Assembly: GCA_036574205.1 (NCBI GenBank)
Contig: JAINCQ010000037.1
Span: 32,001 to 96,000, forward strand
DNA: 64,000 nt
Origin: Elusimicrobiota bacterium
Lineage (GTDB): Bacteria > Elusimicrobiota > Elusimicrobia > Elusimicrobiales > UBA9959
Direction: 5' to 3'
Shown: in pieces, positions 9,550 through 18,991 of the stretch
How positions within the stretch are numbered: the first letter of the stretch is position 1
Layout of the letters: every line of letters begins with the position of its first letter
Notes under the pieces: generated by a model
Database searches by the model: none
What the model was told of the DNA's origin: nothing
The model's input: the letters and a program-made list of their open reading frames with translations, nothing else
Position numbers and translations under genes: made by a program

Positions 9550-10487
9550 ACATTCCAGCAGCTATAAAAACCACTCTCAGTTTTATTTGATGGCGGCTTT
9601 TTCATACATTTTTCATTTGCGAAATTGCATCTTGTCATAAATCTACATCCCCGGGGCATTTCAAATATTGATGGCATTATGCCTTTTATTGTTTTAAGAG
9701 TATCTTTCTTTTCTAATTTTACTATTGATTCTATAAGCGATTTTGTGTAAGGGTGTCTTGGATTTTTTATTATATCCTCTGTTTTGCCTTCTTCCATAAT
9801 CTCGCCTAAATACATAACATAAACATAATCTGAATACTGCGAAACTATGGCAAAATTATGTGTAATAAGCATAACGGAAAGTTCTTTTTCTTTTTTCAGT
9901 TTTTCAAGCAGGTTTAATATTTCTATCTGAGTAACTACATCAAGCGCTGTTGTAGGTTCGTCAGCTATTATAAGCGAAGGGTCGGTTAAAAGTGAGGTGG
10001 CTATTAGTATTCTTTGCCTTTGTCCTCCGGAGAAATTGTGAGGATACATTTTTATTTTATCTGGTGGTATTCCTACTGTTTTAAGTAATTCTCTGGCTTT
10101 ATTAATAGCATTTTTTTTATCGGCTAATTTATGCTGGATTAAAACTTCTATCATCTGTGTCTGAATATTGACTACTGGATTTAATGCAGTAAGTGGTTCC
10201 TGAAAAACAAATGAAATTTCTTTCCCTCTCAACTTTCTTATTTCATTTTCTCCCAACTGAGCTATGTTTTTACCTTTAAATATTATCTCCCCGCTTTCTA
10301 TAAATATGTTTTTATCAAGAAGCTTTATTATTGAAAGAGCGGTAAGTGTTTTCCCGCTTCCAGACTCCCCTACAATAGCAACTGTTTGACCTTTTTCTAT
10401 TTTTATTGAAACATTATTTACTATGTTGTATTTTTTTGAGTTTATATTGGCGGAAAGAGAAAGATTTCTTATTTCAAGCGTATTCAT
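9546..10487 (-). CDS. oppD: Oligopeptide ABC transporter ATPase (OppD/DppD)
   Basis: GESGSGKT, FSGGQRQR, ADEPTTALD, HPYT, GCRF..RC. Confidence 0.93.
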   Translation of the reverse strand: MNTLEIRNLSLSANINSKKYNIVNNVSIKIEKGQTVAIVGESGSGKTLTALSIIKLLDKNIFIESGEIIFKGKNIAQLGENEIRKLRGKEISFVFQEPLTALNPVVNIQTQMIEVLIQHKLADKKNAINKARELLKTVGIPPDKIKMYPHNFSGGQRQRILIATSLLTDPSLIIADEPTTALDVVTQIEILNLLEKLKKEKELSVMLITHNFAIVSQYSDYVYVMYLGEIMEEGKTEDIIKNPRHPYTKSLIESIVKLEKKDTLKTIKGIMPSIFEMPRGCRFMTRCNFANEKCMKKPPSNKTESGFYSCWNV

Positions 10488-10930
10488 TTAGAATTTAATA
10501 TGATAGTTACCGGTCCATCATTTTCAAGAGCAACAACCATCTCCTCTTGAAAAACCCCGGTTTTTATTTTTTGGGGATTGTAGTTTTCCTTTAATTTTTT
10601 TACAAAAAGATTATAGAACTCAAGGGCTTTGTCAGGAGGCATTGCTTTTGAAAAATCGGGTCGTCTTCCTTTTGAGGCGTCGCCTATGAGGGTAAACTGA
10701 GAAACAGCAATAATTTCTCCCTCTATGTCTTTTATTGAAAGGTCAAATTTTCCTCTGTCATTTGAAAATATTCTGAGATTTAATATTTTATTAACCATCC
10801 ACTCTATATCTTTTTCATTATCATCTTTGGCAAATCCACATAAAACAAGATATCCTTCAGCTATTTGAGAGTAAATCTGGTTGGCTATTTTGACATTTGA
10901 TTTTAAAACCCTTTGAACTACACAAATCAT
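10484..10930 (-). CDS. dtd: D-aminoacyl-tRNA deacylase
   Basis: VVQRV, SQFTL, KGRRPDF, NDGPVT. Confidence 0.96.
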   Translation of the reverse strand: MICVVQRVLKSNVKIANQIYSQIAEGYLVLCGFAKDDNEKDIEWMVNKILNLRIFSNDRGKFDLSIKDIEGEIIAVSQFTLIGDASKGRRPDFSKAMPPDKALEFYNLFVKKLKENYNPQKIKTGVFQEEMVVALENDGPVTIILNSK

Positions 10931-10987
10931 ATTTTCCAAGATAATTGCCCAATTTTATGATCTTAGATAAAGATCTTATATTATCTG

Positions 10988-12112
10988 TTATTGTTCAAGC
11001 AATTCAACATTTGCTCTTGGGACAATAACTTTTTCTCCAGTTTCAAGTTCAACCTCAAGAATTCTTACATGACTTTCTGTCTGGATAATTGTTGGTTGTG
11101 GTGGAAGATTTGAGACTCTCCCAATGAGACCAAAATAAGGTTCTCTTATTATTCTTATCCTATCGCCTATCTCCATCCATGTTCTTGATTCATCTTTTCT
11201 TTTAACATCCATATTCTTTGGCGCTCCGCAAATTATTATCTCTGGCCTCATTACCCCCGCTCTTATCTGAGTTGCACCGCTTACAGATGCTTTTTCTCCT
11301 TCCCTTGCCTTTAATAGTTTAAATGTATATTCAGCCATTCTTATCTGCCCAAATCCTTCAGTTGTGATAATAGTTATCCCTATTTTTTCTGTGCCGGTTA
11401 CAGCAACACCTATATCATAACCCAGTAATTGTCTTAAGTCTTTATCGTGTATGCCGGCAACCACTATTGCATTTACACCTATTTTAATTGCTTTTTTTAT
11501 TGTTTCAATTCCCGCATGTTTTCCGCCAACTATTATCTTTTCTCTATCTGAATCCTTTATGTGCTCTGGAAGTAGTTCTTCGTCAGGAGTGTCAACGGCA
11601 ACCCTTATCTCTCCGTTTGTCTCTCCGCCTATTCCAAATATTCCCTGTATAAACGTCCCTTCAGTTTCTATTTCAACCCCAAAGTTTTGTTCAACTTTCA
11701 CAACTTTTCCTTTTATATAAGCTTTTAACGGAAGTATTTTTGGAGGTTCTCTAAATAAAACCTGTCCTGTTACTTCAGAAATTGAATCAAGAGTGCCTGT
11801 TATCGGGGAGACAACCTGCGAGCGGAGAAATCTTATAAAGGGTTTTGTCTCGGCTATAACCTCTCCCTTTTTTACACTATCCCCAGGTTTTTTGATCAGG
11901 TAATTTTTCATTTCAGCTGGCGTAATTCCCAGTCTGTTTGCTACATTAACAGAGTATACTTTTCCAGGAATCTGAGCTTCAGCTACAACATCAAGCGCAT
12001 CAACCTCTTTCCCCTCAGATACAAGAACCTTGCCAGGTATTGGTAACGTCCTTTTTTTCTTTATTAACGTTAGTGGTAAAACTTTTAATCCGGGAGTATA
12101 CGCATGAGCCAT
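10988..12112 (-). CDS. Conserved hypothetical protein, partner of the GlmL-like ATPase (barrel-sandwich-hybrid-like repeats, KOW-like C-terminus)
   Basis: MAHAYTPGL start with GGAG RBS; VSEGKEV, KKPGDSVKKGEVIA and VVSPITG segments; IGDRIRIIREPYFG tail. Confidence 0.75.
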   Translation of the reverse strand: MAHAYTPGLKVLPLTLIKKKRTLPIPGKVLVSEGKEVDALDVVAEAQIPGKVYSVNVANRLGITPAEMKNYLIKKPGDSVKKGEVIAETKPFIRFLRSQVVSPITGTLDSISEVTGQVLFREPPKILPLKAYIKGKVVKVEQNFGVEIETEGTFIQGIFGIGGETNGEIRVAVDTPDEELLPEHIKDSDREKIIVGGKHAGIETIKKAIKIGVNAIVVAGIHDKDLRQLLGYDIGVAVTGTEKIGITIITTEGFGQIRMAEYTFKLLKAREGEKASVSGATQIRAGVMRPEIIICGAPKNMDVKRKDESRTWMEIGDRIRIIREPYFGLIGRVSNLPPQPTIIQTESHVRILEVELETGEKVIVPRANVELLEQ

Positions 12113-12122
12113 TTTTCCCTCC

Positions 12123-13919
12123 TTATTTTTCAGGATACATTTTTATTTTACTTAACCATTTATTAAGGTTTTCTATCCTCTTTGATTCGCTTTTTGAAAT
12201 TTCTAAAGGTCTTCCTCTTCCATCAAAGAGTATTCCTCCAACCCCACCCTGTATCTTTGCTTTTACCTTTGCATTTTTCCCTTCTCCTGCATTAAATCCT
12301 TTCATTGGTTTAAGGATTATCTCAGCTTCATCATCAGGTAATTCCACAAGGTATATTTCTCCAAACCTTAACTCTCCATTTATAACTTTCCCTTCTTTTG
12401 TTTTTATCTCCCATTCTAAAATTAACTCTCCTTCCTTTGCAACTCCGACTGGGGCAATAGTTGTACCAAGTTTTATAAGGCAGTCATTATAAAAGACGTC
12501 CAGCGCAGCTTTTTCGCTTATCTGAGATAATACCCCAAGATGAGGCATCATAAATATTGAATCCACTGCAAGCATTGTTATTCCTTCAAGTTGATAGGAG
12601 TCTGTCATTAGAACCATTGACTGAACTCTTCTTGGAGAATGAGCCAATACCCCGCCGGACCCTATAACATAATTTAGTTTCATCATATTTATCAAAGATT
12701 GACCGGTGGATGTCTGTTCAAAGGCGTCTGAGATAGACCTTTCCTGTTGCACACCTTTAAGTCCAACAGCAAGAAGTTTATGCTGTTCTAAAGCAAGCCT
12801 TAATGCTTCTCTTGCCACGGCGTGTTCTATCATCAGGTCTTCTATAGTTTGTGGTATGGTCGTTGGTCGTATCATTTTGTTTTTCAGTCTATTTCTTATG
12901 TCCTGCTCGTCAATTTTAAAAGGAAGCCATCTCATTATATTCTGAACCCCGGCTTCGGCCATCACATTTGAAACCGAATAGCTCATTCCAAGATTAGCGC
13001 TTACGGTTCTATTGAATATACCGTCAAATATTGAAAAAACATCAGTTGTTGCTCCACCTATATCTACTGCAAGAACATTGTATCCCTTTGCCTTTGCGAA
13101 TTTTTCAGTCATAAGGCCTACAGCCATTGGGGTTGGCATTATAGGAGCGCCAACCATTTTCATTAATTTGGGATAGCCCGGAGCCTGTTGCATAACGTGT
13201 TCAAGAAAAACGTCATGTATTTTATGCCTTGCTGGCATAAGATTCTCTCTTTCAAGAACTGGCCTGATATTTTCGGTTATCATCAAAGCAGTTTTTTGAT
13301 CAAGTATTTCTTTAACTTTATCTCTTGCGGCATTATTGCCGGCGTATATAACTGGAAGCTTATAAGAGGCTCCAAGCCTTGGCTTTGGATCTGCGGCTTT
13401 TATAAAATTTGCAAGTTCAACGACATGTGTAATTGTTCCCCCATCAGTTCCGCCTGATAGAAGTATCATATCAGGTCTGAGCTGTCTTATTCTTTCTATT
13501 TTTTCATGATCCGCCCTTCCGTCATTTGAGGCTATTATATCCATTACTATTGCTCCAGCGCCAAGGGCGCATCTCTGAGCGGATTCTCCTGTCATTGATT
13601 TCACAGCCCCGGCAACCATCATCTGAAGTCCTCCTCCAGCAGAGCTTGTTGAAACATATATATCTACTCCTGTATTATCTTTATTTGGTGTAATAACTTT
13701 ATCTCCATCTAAAATTTTTCTACCTGAAAGTTCTTCAACCTCTGTAATCGCGTTTTTTACTCCGCAGGTAACATCCTCAAAAGGGGCTTCAACTGTCGTT
13801 GGAGCTTCTCCTCTAAAAGTTTGTCTATATGTATCGCCTTTTTTTTCTATTAAAATTGCTTTAGTTGTGGTGCTTCCGCAGTCAGTAGCTATTATAACAT
13901 TTAAATCCTTATCACTCAT
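12123..13919 (-). CDS. Glutamate mutase L (GlmL/MutL)-like ASKHA ATPase
   Basis: TDCGSTTTK (phosphate 1), SSAGGGL, LLSGGTDGG, VDIGGATTDVFS (phosphate 2), RTVSANLGM, GSGGVL. Confidence 0.85.
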   Translation of the reverse strand: MSDKDLNVIIATDCGSTTTKAILIEKKGDTYRQTFRGEAPTTVEAPFEDVTCGVKNAITEVEELSGRKILDGDKVITPNKDNTGVDIYVSTSSAGGGLQMMVAGAVKSMTGESAQRCALGAGAIVMDIIASNDGRADHEKIERIRQLRPDMILLSGGTDGGTITHVVELANFIKAADPKPRLGASYKLPVIYAGNNAARDKVKEILDQKTALMITENIRPVLERENLMPARHKIHDVFLEHVMQQAPGYPKLMKMVGAPIMPTPMAVGLMTEKFAKAKGYNVLAVDIGGATTDVFSIFDGIFNRTVSANLGMSYSVSNVMAEAGVQNIMRWLPFKIDEQDIRNRLKNKMIRPTTIPQTIEDLMIEHAVAREALRLALEQHKLLAVGLKGVQQERSISDAFEQTSTGQSLINMMKLNYVIGSGGVLAHSPRRVQSMVLMTDSYQLEGITMLAVDSIFMMPHLGVLSQISEKAALDVFYNDCLIKLGTTIAPVGVAKEGELILEWEIKTKEGKVINGELRFGEIYLVELPDDEAEIILKPMKGFNAGEGKNAKVKAKIQGGVGGILFDGRGRPLEISKSESKRIENLNKWLSKIKMYPEK

Positions 13920-14214
13920 TTTTACCTCCTTCTAATTGTTGCTTTAAATATTCTATACCCTTTGGATTTTCAATAATACTTGAAAGTTTGGTTAGCTCTT
14001 GCTTTGAAAATATAAATCCTAATGTTGGTTCTATAAAATACATAATGTTTGAGGCTATTGTATGAATAGGTGTTGTTGCTTCAAGAGCAAATATTGCAAT
14101 ATCTTCCATCTTGCGTTTTTTTATTTTTATTGCTGCTCTTAAAATAAAATCCTTCTCATCCTCAGAAAGTTGTCTTCCTTTATTTATCTTAAAAGCATTT
14201 GACCATATGCTCAT
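13912..14214 (-). CDS. Small hypothetical protein coupled to the glmL-like gene
   Basis: 100 aa; stop overlaps the next start; TATAAT 6 nt upstream of the ATG. Confidence 0.7.
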   Translation of the reverse strand: MSIWSNAFKINKGRQLSEDEKDFILRAAIKIKKRKMEDIAIFALEATTPIHTIASNIMYFIEPTLGFIFSKQELTKLSSIIENPKGIEYLKQQLEGGKNE

Positions 14215-14255
14215 AACTAAATTATATTATTTTTTTTCTAACTTTTCCATTTGCT

Positions 14256-14720
14256 TTATTTTAACCATCTTAATTTGATTTTCTCTCCTTTTTTGATTCC
14301 AATTTTTCTAGCCATCCCGGCATTTAATTCTATTACATACATAGCATTTGAACTAACCCTTGCAATTTTTTCATTAGGTGTTGTATCTCCAGAGGCGGGC
14401 GTTTCGGCAAATATTTCATTTACCTTAAAATTTTTTGAAACAAAAATTATGTCAAGCGGAATGTACGTGTTTTTCATCCAGAATGTCCTTTCTGTCTCTT
14501 CTTCAAAAATAAATATCATGCCGCATTTTTCACAAAGGTTCTTCCTGAACATTAACCCAAGCGTTCTTTCGTGTTCAGTTCTGGCTATCTCAAGAGATAT
14601 CTCAACCCCATTTGCTTTCAATATGGCTTTTTTTGCGTTTTTTATAGAATTGTTATTCATAGAAAAAAATGCTATTAAACACAGTATAATTATTAAAGCT
14701 GTTATAAAAATTTTTTTCAT
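14256..14720 (-). CDS. DUF192 family exported protein
   Basis: GLMFRK, GMIFIF, FWMKNTYIPLDIIF, YVIELNAG. Confidence 0.9.
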   Translation of the reverse strand: MKKIFITALIIILCLIAFFSMNNNSIKNAKKAILKANGVEISLEIARTEHERTLGLMFRKNLCEKCGMIFIFEEETERTFWMKNTYIPLDIIFVSKNFKVNEIFAETPASGDTTPNEKIARVSSNAMYVIELNAGMARKIGIKKGEKIKLRWLK

Positions 14721-15169
14721 TTTGGGAAGTTTTTCTTTATAATTTGTTCAAGATATTCAGTATCTGATATGTCTTTTTCAATTTCTTTTTTGATTGCTAA
14801 TGAGCGTTCAAAATTCAGGTTTATATTATAACCCATAGCTCTTGCTATATCAAAAACTGATTTTTTTTCTTTTTCCATTTTTTTAATCAGATCGCTAAGA
14901 GTGATTTTATTATCAACGCAAAATTTAAGAGCAAATATGATTTCAGTTCTATAAAATCCGTTTTTTTTCAAATAGAAGATTTCTTCAATGCTTTTTGTGG
15001 ATTCTGCTATATCATAATTAAAATTTTTTTTAAAAAAATCCATGGTTTTTTCCATAAAAACTCTATCATAGAAAGATTCCGCGAGTGTGATATTAAACGA
15101 AGAAATTTTACTGTCGTATAATGTTTGTGAATAAGCTGGGTTTGAGAAAAATAAAAACAAAAAAAACAT
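14717..15169 (-). CDS. Hypothetical exported protein
   Basis: Signal-like N-terminus; overlaps both neighbours. Confidence 0.6.
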   Translation of the reverse strand: MFFLFLFFSNPAYSQTLYDSKISSFNITLAESFYDRVFMEKTMDFFKKNFNYDIAESTKSIEEIFYLKKNGFYRTEIIFALKFCVDNKITLSDLIKKMEKEKKSVFDIARAMGYNINLNFERSLAIKKEIEKDISDTEYLEQIIKKNFPK

Positions 15170-15402
15170 TAGATGGAAGTTGTTACAAGTGTTTCTGTAG
15201 ATAAAACCCCTGGTATGTTTCTTATTTCATTTACCACAACCTGTGAAAGCTGTTCAAGATCAGATGTCTCCATATCAAGAACAAGATCCCACCTTCCAAA
15301 TACCGCGGACATATGAACAACTTCTTTGATCGCTCTGAGTTTTGGTAAAACCTGTTTTTCCTTTCCTGGAATCATTTTAACTAAAACAAGTCCCGTTACC
15401 AT
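15169..15402 (-). CDS. Stand-alone Lrp/AsnC ligand-binding (RAM) domain protein
   Basis: 77 aa; VFGRWDLV...IRNIPGVLSTETLV; no HTH domain. Confidence 0.88.
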   Translation of the reverse strand: MVTGLVLVKMIPGKEKQVLPKLRAIKEVVHMSAVFGRWDLVLDMETSDLEQLSQVVVNEIRNIPGVLSTETLVTTSI

Positions 15403-15411
15403 AGAATCTCC

Positions 15412-16158
15412 TTATGCAGTTTTTCTGGATTGAAGTTTTTTCATCAGGATTTTTTCTGCTATGAAATAAATTATAAGCCCGGCTATTACCCAGTTTGTTG
15501 CATAAAAGTATTGAGCCGAAGAATATCTTACAAGAAGGTCAAACCTTCCGTAAAGAAGTGAAAATCTTGCCATAACAGTGTTGCCAAATGATGCTCCAAA
15601 GTATATCATGAGAAAATAAACACCAAAGTTGGATATCTTTTTCACACTCCCCTTATGTTCAACAGAAAAGAAAAAATAAAATAAAACAGACAGTGTCCCA
15701 ACTAAAAGTAATATGGAGTTAAACATTGCAATTCCAGTTAAGTTGAAAAATTTAGCAAACGGCTCTATTGTGCCAAGTATCTGGTTTGTGAAATCAGTTG
15801 CTATCCCCGCTGGTAACACAAGTCCGGCTGAATATCCCATAAGAAATGTAAATCCATATCTTGATATCCATGATATCTTCGGGATAAACTGTGTTATTAA
15901 TGAAAGTCCAAGTATTGTTGGTATTATCAACATCCATACTTCAAACCATCTTCCAGCTTTAATATGCTCTACAAGTGGCTGGTAAACATTTGGTATTATT
16001 ATTTTATATATTGTTAGTTGTATATGCCAGGCAAGTCCAACACCAACATAAAGATGTTCCGCTATCTTAAAGAACATATTATCCTTGTATAGGAAGGAGA
16101 ATATAAAAAGAGTAAGTCCTGCTGCAACAAAAGCGCCGTATATAGCTTGTATTTCCAT
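15412..16158 (-). CDS. Polytopic membrane protein of unknown function
   Basis: About 7 hydrophobic segments; SFLYKDN..FKIAEHLYVG and FGASFGNTVMARFSLL motifs. Confidence 0.75.
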   Translation of the reverse strand: MEIQAIYGAFVAAGLTLFIFSFLYKDNMFFKIAEHLYVGVGLAWHIQLTIYKIIIPNVYQPLVEHIKAGRWFEVWMLIIPTILGLSLITQFIPKISWISRYGFTFLMGYSAGLVLPAGIATDFTNQILGTIEPFAKFFNLTGIAMFNSILLLVGTLSVLFYFFFSVEHKGSVKKISNFGVYFLMIYFGASFGNTVMARFSLLYGRFDLLVRYSSAQYFYATNWVIAGLIIYFIAEKILMKKLQSRKTA

Positions 16159-16161
16159 ATT

Positions 16162-16989
16162 TCACTCCTTTGTGAATTTAAGCGTAAGTAAAACTATATT
16201 TGAGAATATAATAAATGTTATAACTAAAAGGTGAGCTATATTTAAAGCATCTATGCCACTTGTTCCTTTCCACGGCTCGGATATAAGTCTTTCATATTCC
16301 GCCGATCCTTTCATCCCGCCAATAAGCCCCTTAATCTGCTTTTTTTGAAGATATGGCCCATAGCCAACCTGGCTTATGGCAGTTACCCCACCTAAAATCG
16401 GAACTCCATATTTATCGCCAACATAGACCACCCAGTAATCAAGTATCGCTGTTCCAGTTATATCTATAATGCAGGATATATCTTTATAGTTTTTAATATT
16501 CTTCATCATCTCAAAATCCCTTAGCGGTTTATTGTTTACATCTTTGTCATAAATAGCATATATATCTGAAGACATCTGGGTTAAAACTGCGGCAATATTA
16601 GGCATATATGGAAGAAGAACATAGTCTTTACCATATTCCTTCCCGAATTTTGGAGGTATTGTTCTGGTTAACTCATCTATTAAACCTCCTGATCCTGCAA
16701 GAAAGGTTAGTATAATAACTTTTATATTTTTTTTGAAAGCATGCTTTAAAATAGCAGCTGCCTGAGGATGTAACTCAGGCGCGGTAGAGGGATCGTAGTC
16801 AAGTGAAAGAATTATCGTTGAATTTTCAGGAATCTTTTCAATAAAATCATATACACTTTGAACCGATGTTGATATTGATTTAGATGTTATTCCAATTGGT
16901 TTTATGATTGGTATTAGAATTGAAAGCGTCAAGAGTAAAAAAAGCCATCTTCTGTCTATCTTCAAAAGCTTATTTAAATTTTCTTTCAT
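16162..16989 (-). CDS. Membrane-anchored protein with extracytoplasmic alpha/beta domain
   Basis: TM helices at both ends; DYDPSTAPEL, YGKDYV, GLIGGMKGSAEYE. Confidence 0.75.
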   Translation of the reverse strand: MKENLNKLLKIDRRWLFLLLTLSILIPIIKPIGITSKSISTSVQSVYDFIEKIPENSTIILSLDYDPSTAPELHPQAAAILKHAFKKNIKVIILTFLAGSGGLIDELTRTIPPKFGKEYGKDYVLLPYMPNIAAVLTQMSSDIYAIYDKDVNNKPLRDFEMMKNIKNYKDISCIIDITGTAILDYWVVYVGDKYGVPILGGVTAISQVGYGPYLQKKQIKGLIGGMKGSAEYERLISEPWKGTSGIDALNIAHLLVITFIIFSNIVLLTLKFTKE

Positions 16990-17002
16990 ACCCTTCTCCT
17001 TT

Positions 17003-17671
17003 TTATTCTTTACCCATATATCCGCGTTCTATTCCAAATATTATTTTTAGTGAGGTAACAGCAGCTCCAATAGCTATTCCTATCATTATTCCTCTTTTGC
17101 CTGCTGTGGCTGGAACGTTCATTATCCAGTCTTTTATCTGGGCTATGGTTATTTTAGTCCATGCAAATAATTTATCCCAAATTATTTCTCCAAGTGGAAT
17201 ATTCCCAAGCATAAGTATCAGCCCTGCTATAAATAATAAAAAGGCAGAAAATGATTTTATTCTAAAAGACCTGTATGCAGTTGATATGATATAAAAAGCA
17301 AGAACCGAAAACATTGTGGCGCTTAAAGGATTGTATATATTATTAAATGCCCAGCCTAATGCGGTAATATCTGTGCCTTTTGATATAACCCCTTTGCTTA
17401 TAAAAGCAGCACCCATCATTATCAAAAACCCAAGGTATACAAAAATACTATATCCCCAGCCATCTGCTTTTCTCTGGATTTTTCTGTAATGAGCATAAAA
17501 TAAACTTATCATTCCAAGGAAAAGAGCAAATGCGGCAACTATATTTTCCCATATATTTATTGTTTCAAGATATTTTTCAGACATTCTGTTTGGGACATAG
17601 TATGACGCAAGGGTCACCATGCCGAAGATAAAAACAATCGTAAGAGGTATGTGTTTTTTTATAAGATTCAT
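17003..17671 (-). CDS. Polytopic membrane protein of unknown function
   Basis: About 6 TM helices; PLSATMFSVLAFYIISTAYRSFR and RGIMIGIAIG...GIERGY motifs. Confidence 0.75.
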   Translation of the reverse strand: MNLIKKHIPLTIVFIFGMVTLASYYVPNRMSEKYLETINIWENIVAAFALFLGMISLFYAHYRKIQRKADGWGYSIFVYLGFLIMMGAAFISKGVISKGTDITALGWAFNNIYNPLSATMFSVLAFYIISTAYRSFRIKSFSAFLLFIAGLILMLGNIPLGEIIWDKLFAWTKITIAQIKDWIMNVPATAGKRGIMIGIAIGAAVTSLKIIFGIERGYMGKE

Positions 17672-17672
17672 A

Positions 17673-18944
17673 TTATCTCACCTTTAATATATCCAGTATT
17701 TTTTCTATTATTATTGTATTATTCCACTTAGACATAATAAGCGCGGCTATTGAAAGAACAGAAGCAGTCAGTATAAACACAAGTTTGCCAAAATCCTGAA
17801 CCTTAAGGGCGCTTACAAGCATAGGTTCTTTTGAAAGATACGCTCCTGCGGCGTATAATTCCTCTCCTATTAATGTATAATCACAGGCTGTAACAAAAAA
17901 TGGGAGCTGATGGTCTACGTCTGTTCCAGCTATTTGTATTGCTCCAGTTGAAGCGCCGACCTCAGCAAGCAACAAAGACTCAGCCATAAAATACCCCATA
18001 TAAAAACATGCAGCTGGTTTCTCGCGGGATATCATCCCGTCTATTGCGGCGGCATACGCAAACTGATCCTGGGTTATAAACATATTTATATCATCTCTGA
18101 AAGAATCTGGCCTTTCCGCTTCTATATATGATTGCTTTACGGTCTCTTTAGCTACAGTAAAAACTATCGGGTCATAATGGGGAACCTTTATTGTGGCGTC
18201 ATATTGCGCTATTTTTTTTGAAACCTCGCCAAGTATAAAAACTGAGGCTATAGTGGATATATTTGACATAGAACCTATTCCCGGGACATATATTACAGAT
18301 TTACCCATCTCAGTAGCTCTTCCAACTGCCTCATCTATTGCGTCAAGCCCTGCTATTCTTCTTATAAACAACTCTCTTTTTTTAGCATGTGAAACAATAA
18401 TAAAAAATACTATTGATATTATTAAAACTATAATAAAGTGATTGATTCTATCCCACCTGAACCAATTTCCTTTTACAACACCTTCGACAGTTTGTGATTC
18501 GTAATTTTTCTTACCGTCTGATATGTGTATTTTAGAATAAATTTTAAATCCATCTTTAAATTCATCAAAAAAATCTTCTTCTTTTAGGGAAAAAACTTTT
18601 AGAATTGGGACAATGACAGAGTAATTGTTTAATTTTTTATCCCAGAGCCAGAAAGGGAGGTCTATATCTTTTGCAGTACTTTCTTTATATTTTATTTCCC
18701 TGAACTTTATCCAGTTTTTGCTATCCGATGAGAGGTAAACGGTATAAATAGAATCTTTTTTTTCATCATCAACTGCCCATATAACTATTGCTGAATCTCC
18801 TCTATCACCTGGATAATCAATAAGACTAAAGTTTTTAATTTCAATATTTTCAAGCCCTGTCAAATCTTTTTTTACTTTAGGCAGAGCATTTAGTAAAGAG
18901 GAAGTCAAAATTAAACATACGAAAATATTTGTTATTTTTTTCAT
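17673..18944 (-). CDS. Exported N-terminal domain plus C-terminal DUF6754-like membrane domain
   Basis: Signal peptide; IRRIAGLDAIDEAVGRATEMG and QLPFFVTACDYTLIGEELYAAGAYLS (family name from recall). Confidence 0.75.
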   Translation of the reverse strand: MKKITNIFVCLILTSSLLNALPKVKKDLTGLENIEIKNFSLIDYPGDRGDSAIVIWAVDDEKKDSIYTVYLSSDSKNWIKFREIKYKESTAKDIDLPFWLWDKKLNNYSVIVPILKVFSLKEEDFFDEFKDGFKIYSKIHISDGKKNYESQTVEGVVKGNWFRWDRINHFIIVLIISIVFFIIVSHAKKRELFIRRIAGLDAIDEAVGRATEMGKSVIYVPGIGSMSNISTIASVFILGEVSKKIAQYDATIKVPHYDPIVFTVAKETVKQSYIEAERPDSFRDDINMFITQDQFAYAAAIDGMISREKPAACFYMGYFMAESLLLAEVGASTGAIQIAGTDVDHQLPFFVTACDYTLIGEELYAAGAYLSKEPMLVSALKVQDFGKLVFILTASVLSIAALIMSKWNNTIIIEKILDILKVR

Positions 18945-18991
18945 ACTATATTAAAAATATAACATTTTTCAAATATCAAATCAAGAAATTT

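Noticed and set aside
12123..13919. Glutamate mutase operon or DNA-repair MutL
   Set aside because: No glmS/glmE is present, and the motifs are ASKHA type, not GHKL.
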